A stretch of 39,122 nucleotides of DNA from Paramecium tetraurelia (Eukaryota): the NCBI GenBank assembly GCA_000165425.1, contig CT868667.1, positions 310,001 through 349,122 on the forward strand, in the 5' to 3' direction. The translations under genes were made by a program, and so were the position numbers. The notes below the pieces were generated by a model, which saw nothing but the letters and a program-made list of their open reading frames with translations, ran no database searches and was not told where the DNA came from. Shown here one piece after another: positions 37,101 through 39,122 of this stretch (the first letter of the stretch is position 1; each line of letters opens with the position of its first letter).

Positions 37101-39122
37101 TTTTACCGATAAATGATCCTTTAATTTCTTATGATCCTTATAAAAAGCAAACTTAATATTGTTTTAATGGCAATTGTCACAATGAATTTTAATTAGACTA
37201 TTATTTTCATCGATGCTTTTTCGACAGATTTCCTAGAACCTTATCTTTCTTCAATATCAACACTGAATATTTTAACCACATTGGCATTAATACTATGACC
37301 TTTAACTTGTTCTTAGAAATACAATTCGAAATTTGTCATATAGCTCCAGGGCTCTTTTCTAGGGCATCATTAAAGGAAGATGTCTTTTAACTAAAAACCG
37401 CGAATATCAATCTAATATCATTAAATCCATTATTTTTAGTTTTAATAAATCAAATCAAAATTGAAGATTACGATGTAGTGACTTTTATTAATTTTGGATT
37501 TATTTTTGTTGAAGATGAACAAGTGAATATTCCGATTTTAAATGACTACAATTTTATTGATTTAACACTGATAAATTGTACTATAGCGAATAGCAGCATC
37601 TATAATATCACATCAGTATTTTATTCAGAAAAATATGGCTCTATTACTTTATAAAATTTTTCAATTCAAAATACAATAATTAAAAATTCCTCATTGTTTA
37701 ATTTATTATTTTCCTAATTTGAAGGATAAATGATAATCGACTCCCTTTTAATAGTTAATTGTACTTTTATAGATTCGTAAGTATTTTAATTTTCTAAAAT
37801 TTCATAATAAATTAAAATTCTAAATTTGACATTAGAGTCATGCTTATTTTAAAATGCTTCACTGTTTACCCTATAGATCAACTACATATACGAAACTACA
37901 TTCCAACTCAACAATATAATAATTTAAAATAATAATTTTAAAAGTTCATATTTTCTCTTTTGCTCTTAACTAATCCATATAGATTTACTCAACATTATTT
38001 TGTATTCTAATAGCATAGAAACTTCAATAATATTTGGATTTAGTTATAGTTTAACTGCTAACTTAATAAAAATAAAAGATAATGAATTTATTGAATCTTA
38101 ATTTTTATAAACAATTGAGGTAACGAATGATAAAAAAACTGTATGCTATATTTCGGAACTGACAATTGAGAAGAATATGCTTCAAAATGCTAATCTATTT
38201 CACATATTTTCAAATTCGTATTCTAATAAAATTTAAATTTCTATTATATTTGTTCAAATCTAATAAAATACTAGATCATTTAAAACAGATTAATAAAGCT
38301 AAATATTTAATATTAATAGTTAAAAATTAGATTTGAGTGATTTCTTTGTTACCAATAACCAAAGAATACGTATTTTGAATATTTATGACAATGAAGATAT
38401 CTAACTCAAAAATTTAGATTTTGAGAATTAAGTAGTTGAATAAAGAGTTTCGTTTTCAACAAATTTTTTGAACCAATCAAATCTTTAAAATCAGCTAATT
38501 TTAATAATGGGTTTTGATAATATATTAATTGAATAATGCAAATTTGTCAAATAATCCAGTTTTGATGAATCCCTTATACAAATAATATCAAGCAAATCAA
38601 AACTGTCACTTGGGTAAATATTCATAAGAGACATTCAATTTATTGGAAATCTTCTATAATTATGGGATTAAGTCTAAGCCTTTTCACTATTAGCAATTCT
38701 CTCAGACAAGTAAATTGATGTTGTAATGGAAAAGGTTACATATTAACACAATCTTATGCATGTATATTCTGAAAGTGGGTTGAAGTAATCAGCTACTTTA
38801 TTCTAAATTATTTCACCTTCAAGCAATATTTTAGTAAACAATTTATATTCCTTCCAAAATTCCTTGACTAACTCATCCAATTCTTTTATAAGGATTACAT
38901 CTAACTAATTGACACTTAGTAATATATTAATTAAGAATCATAATATTTTACCTTATAACATTTGGAAAGATCATTATCATATTAAGATTTAGAATGAAAC
39001 AGATTAAGAGGAAATCAATTACTTTATAATGCAGATATACCATATTAAAACTATTGGAGGAGCTGCTTAGATTGAATCTAGCAAATTTGAATGTTTAAAC
39101 TGTACATTTGAAGGAATATTGG
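34151..39122 (+). CDS. Giant Cys-rich surface/membrane protein (furin/growth-factor-receptor-like CxxC repeats plus beta-helix-like region); interrupted by a telomere array and gap, 3'-truncated by the window
   Basis: Same frame on both sides of 34948-35042; introns 35806-35832 and 37016-37042. CHQSCLDCEGFGNTRCLSC, CKLCEINNCLYCFEY, CPSCPKLCQVC, followed by an N/I/F-rich region suggestive of parallel beta-helix (about 37400 to end). Start codon uncertain. Confidence 0.85.
34948..35027 (+). repeat. Telomeric repeat array (TTTGGG/TTGGGG mixture), G-rich strand on +
   Basis: About 13 units, tgggtttgggtttgggtttgggtttggggttgggg..., matching the Paramecium TT(T/G)GGG telomere; immediately followed by 15 N (35028-35042). 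Confidence 0.95.

Noticed and set aside
3023..37112. Supplied ORF track treated as separate genes
   Set aside because: It was computed with TAA/TAG as stops. The ORFs are fragments of larger code-6 genes or antisense/off-frame shadows (e.g. 3218-3481, 11226-11468, 12571-12888, 13710-13931, 17686-17970, 36849-37112).

Overview
AT-rich eukaryotic DNA that reads as a ciliate (Paramecium-type) macronuclear scaffold. Coding frames stay open only if TAA/TAG encode Gln and TGA is the sole stop (translation table 6), introns are tiny (22-30 nt, GT..AG), and a G3T3/G4T2-type telomeric array is present. The supplied standard-code ORF track therefore fragments nearly every gene. The left ~15 kb is a compact, all-plus-strand block of conserved genes: 3' part of an IP3R/RyR-type Ca2+-release channel, an Unkempt-like CCCH protein, a GYF protein, a SAPS/PP6 regulatory subunit, a large uncharacterised multipass membrane protein, RPL8/uL2 and an EF-hand protein. 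The right part has long spacers, probable pseudogene debris, a 2-Cys peroxiredoxin and lineage-expanded families: an acylated pseudokinase-like protein, a MORN-like repeat protein, a WD40 protein, a 2-TM protein and a giant Cys-rich surface protein. There are two assembly gaps (26170-26319, 35028-35042). The most notable features are a telomere array added inside the last gene, a divergent channel pore motif, a one-exon-per-repeat gene, and neighbouring B-box-like/coiled-coil/repeat genes. All gene models were translated by hand and no database searches were run.
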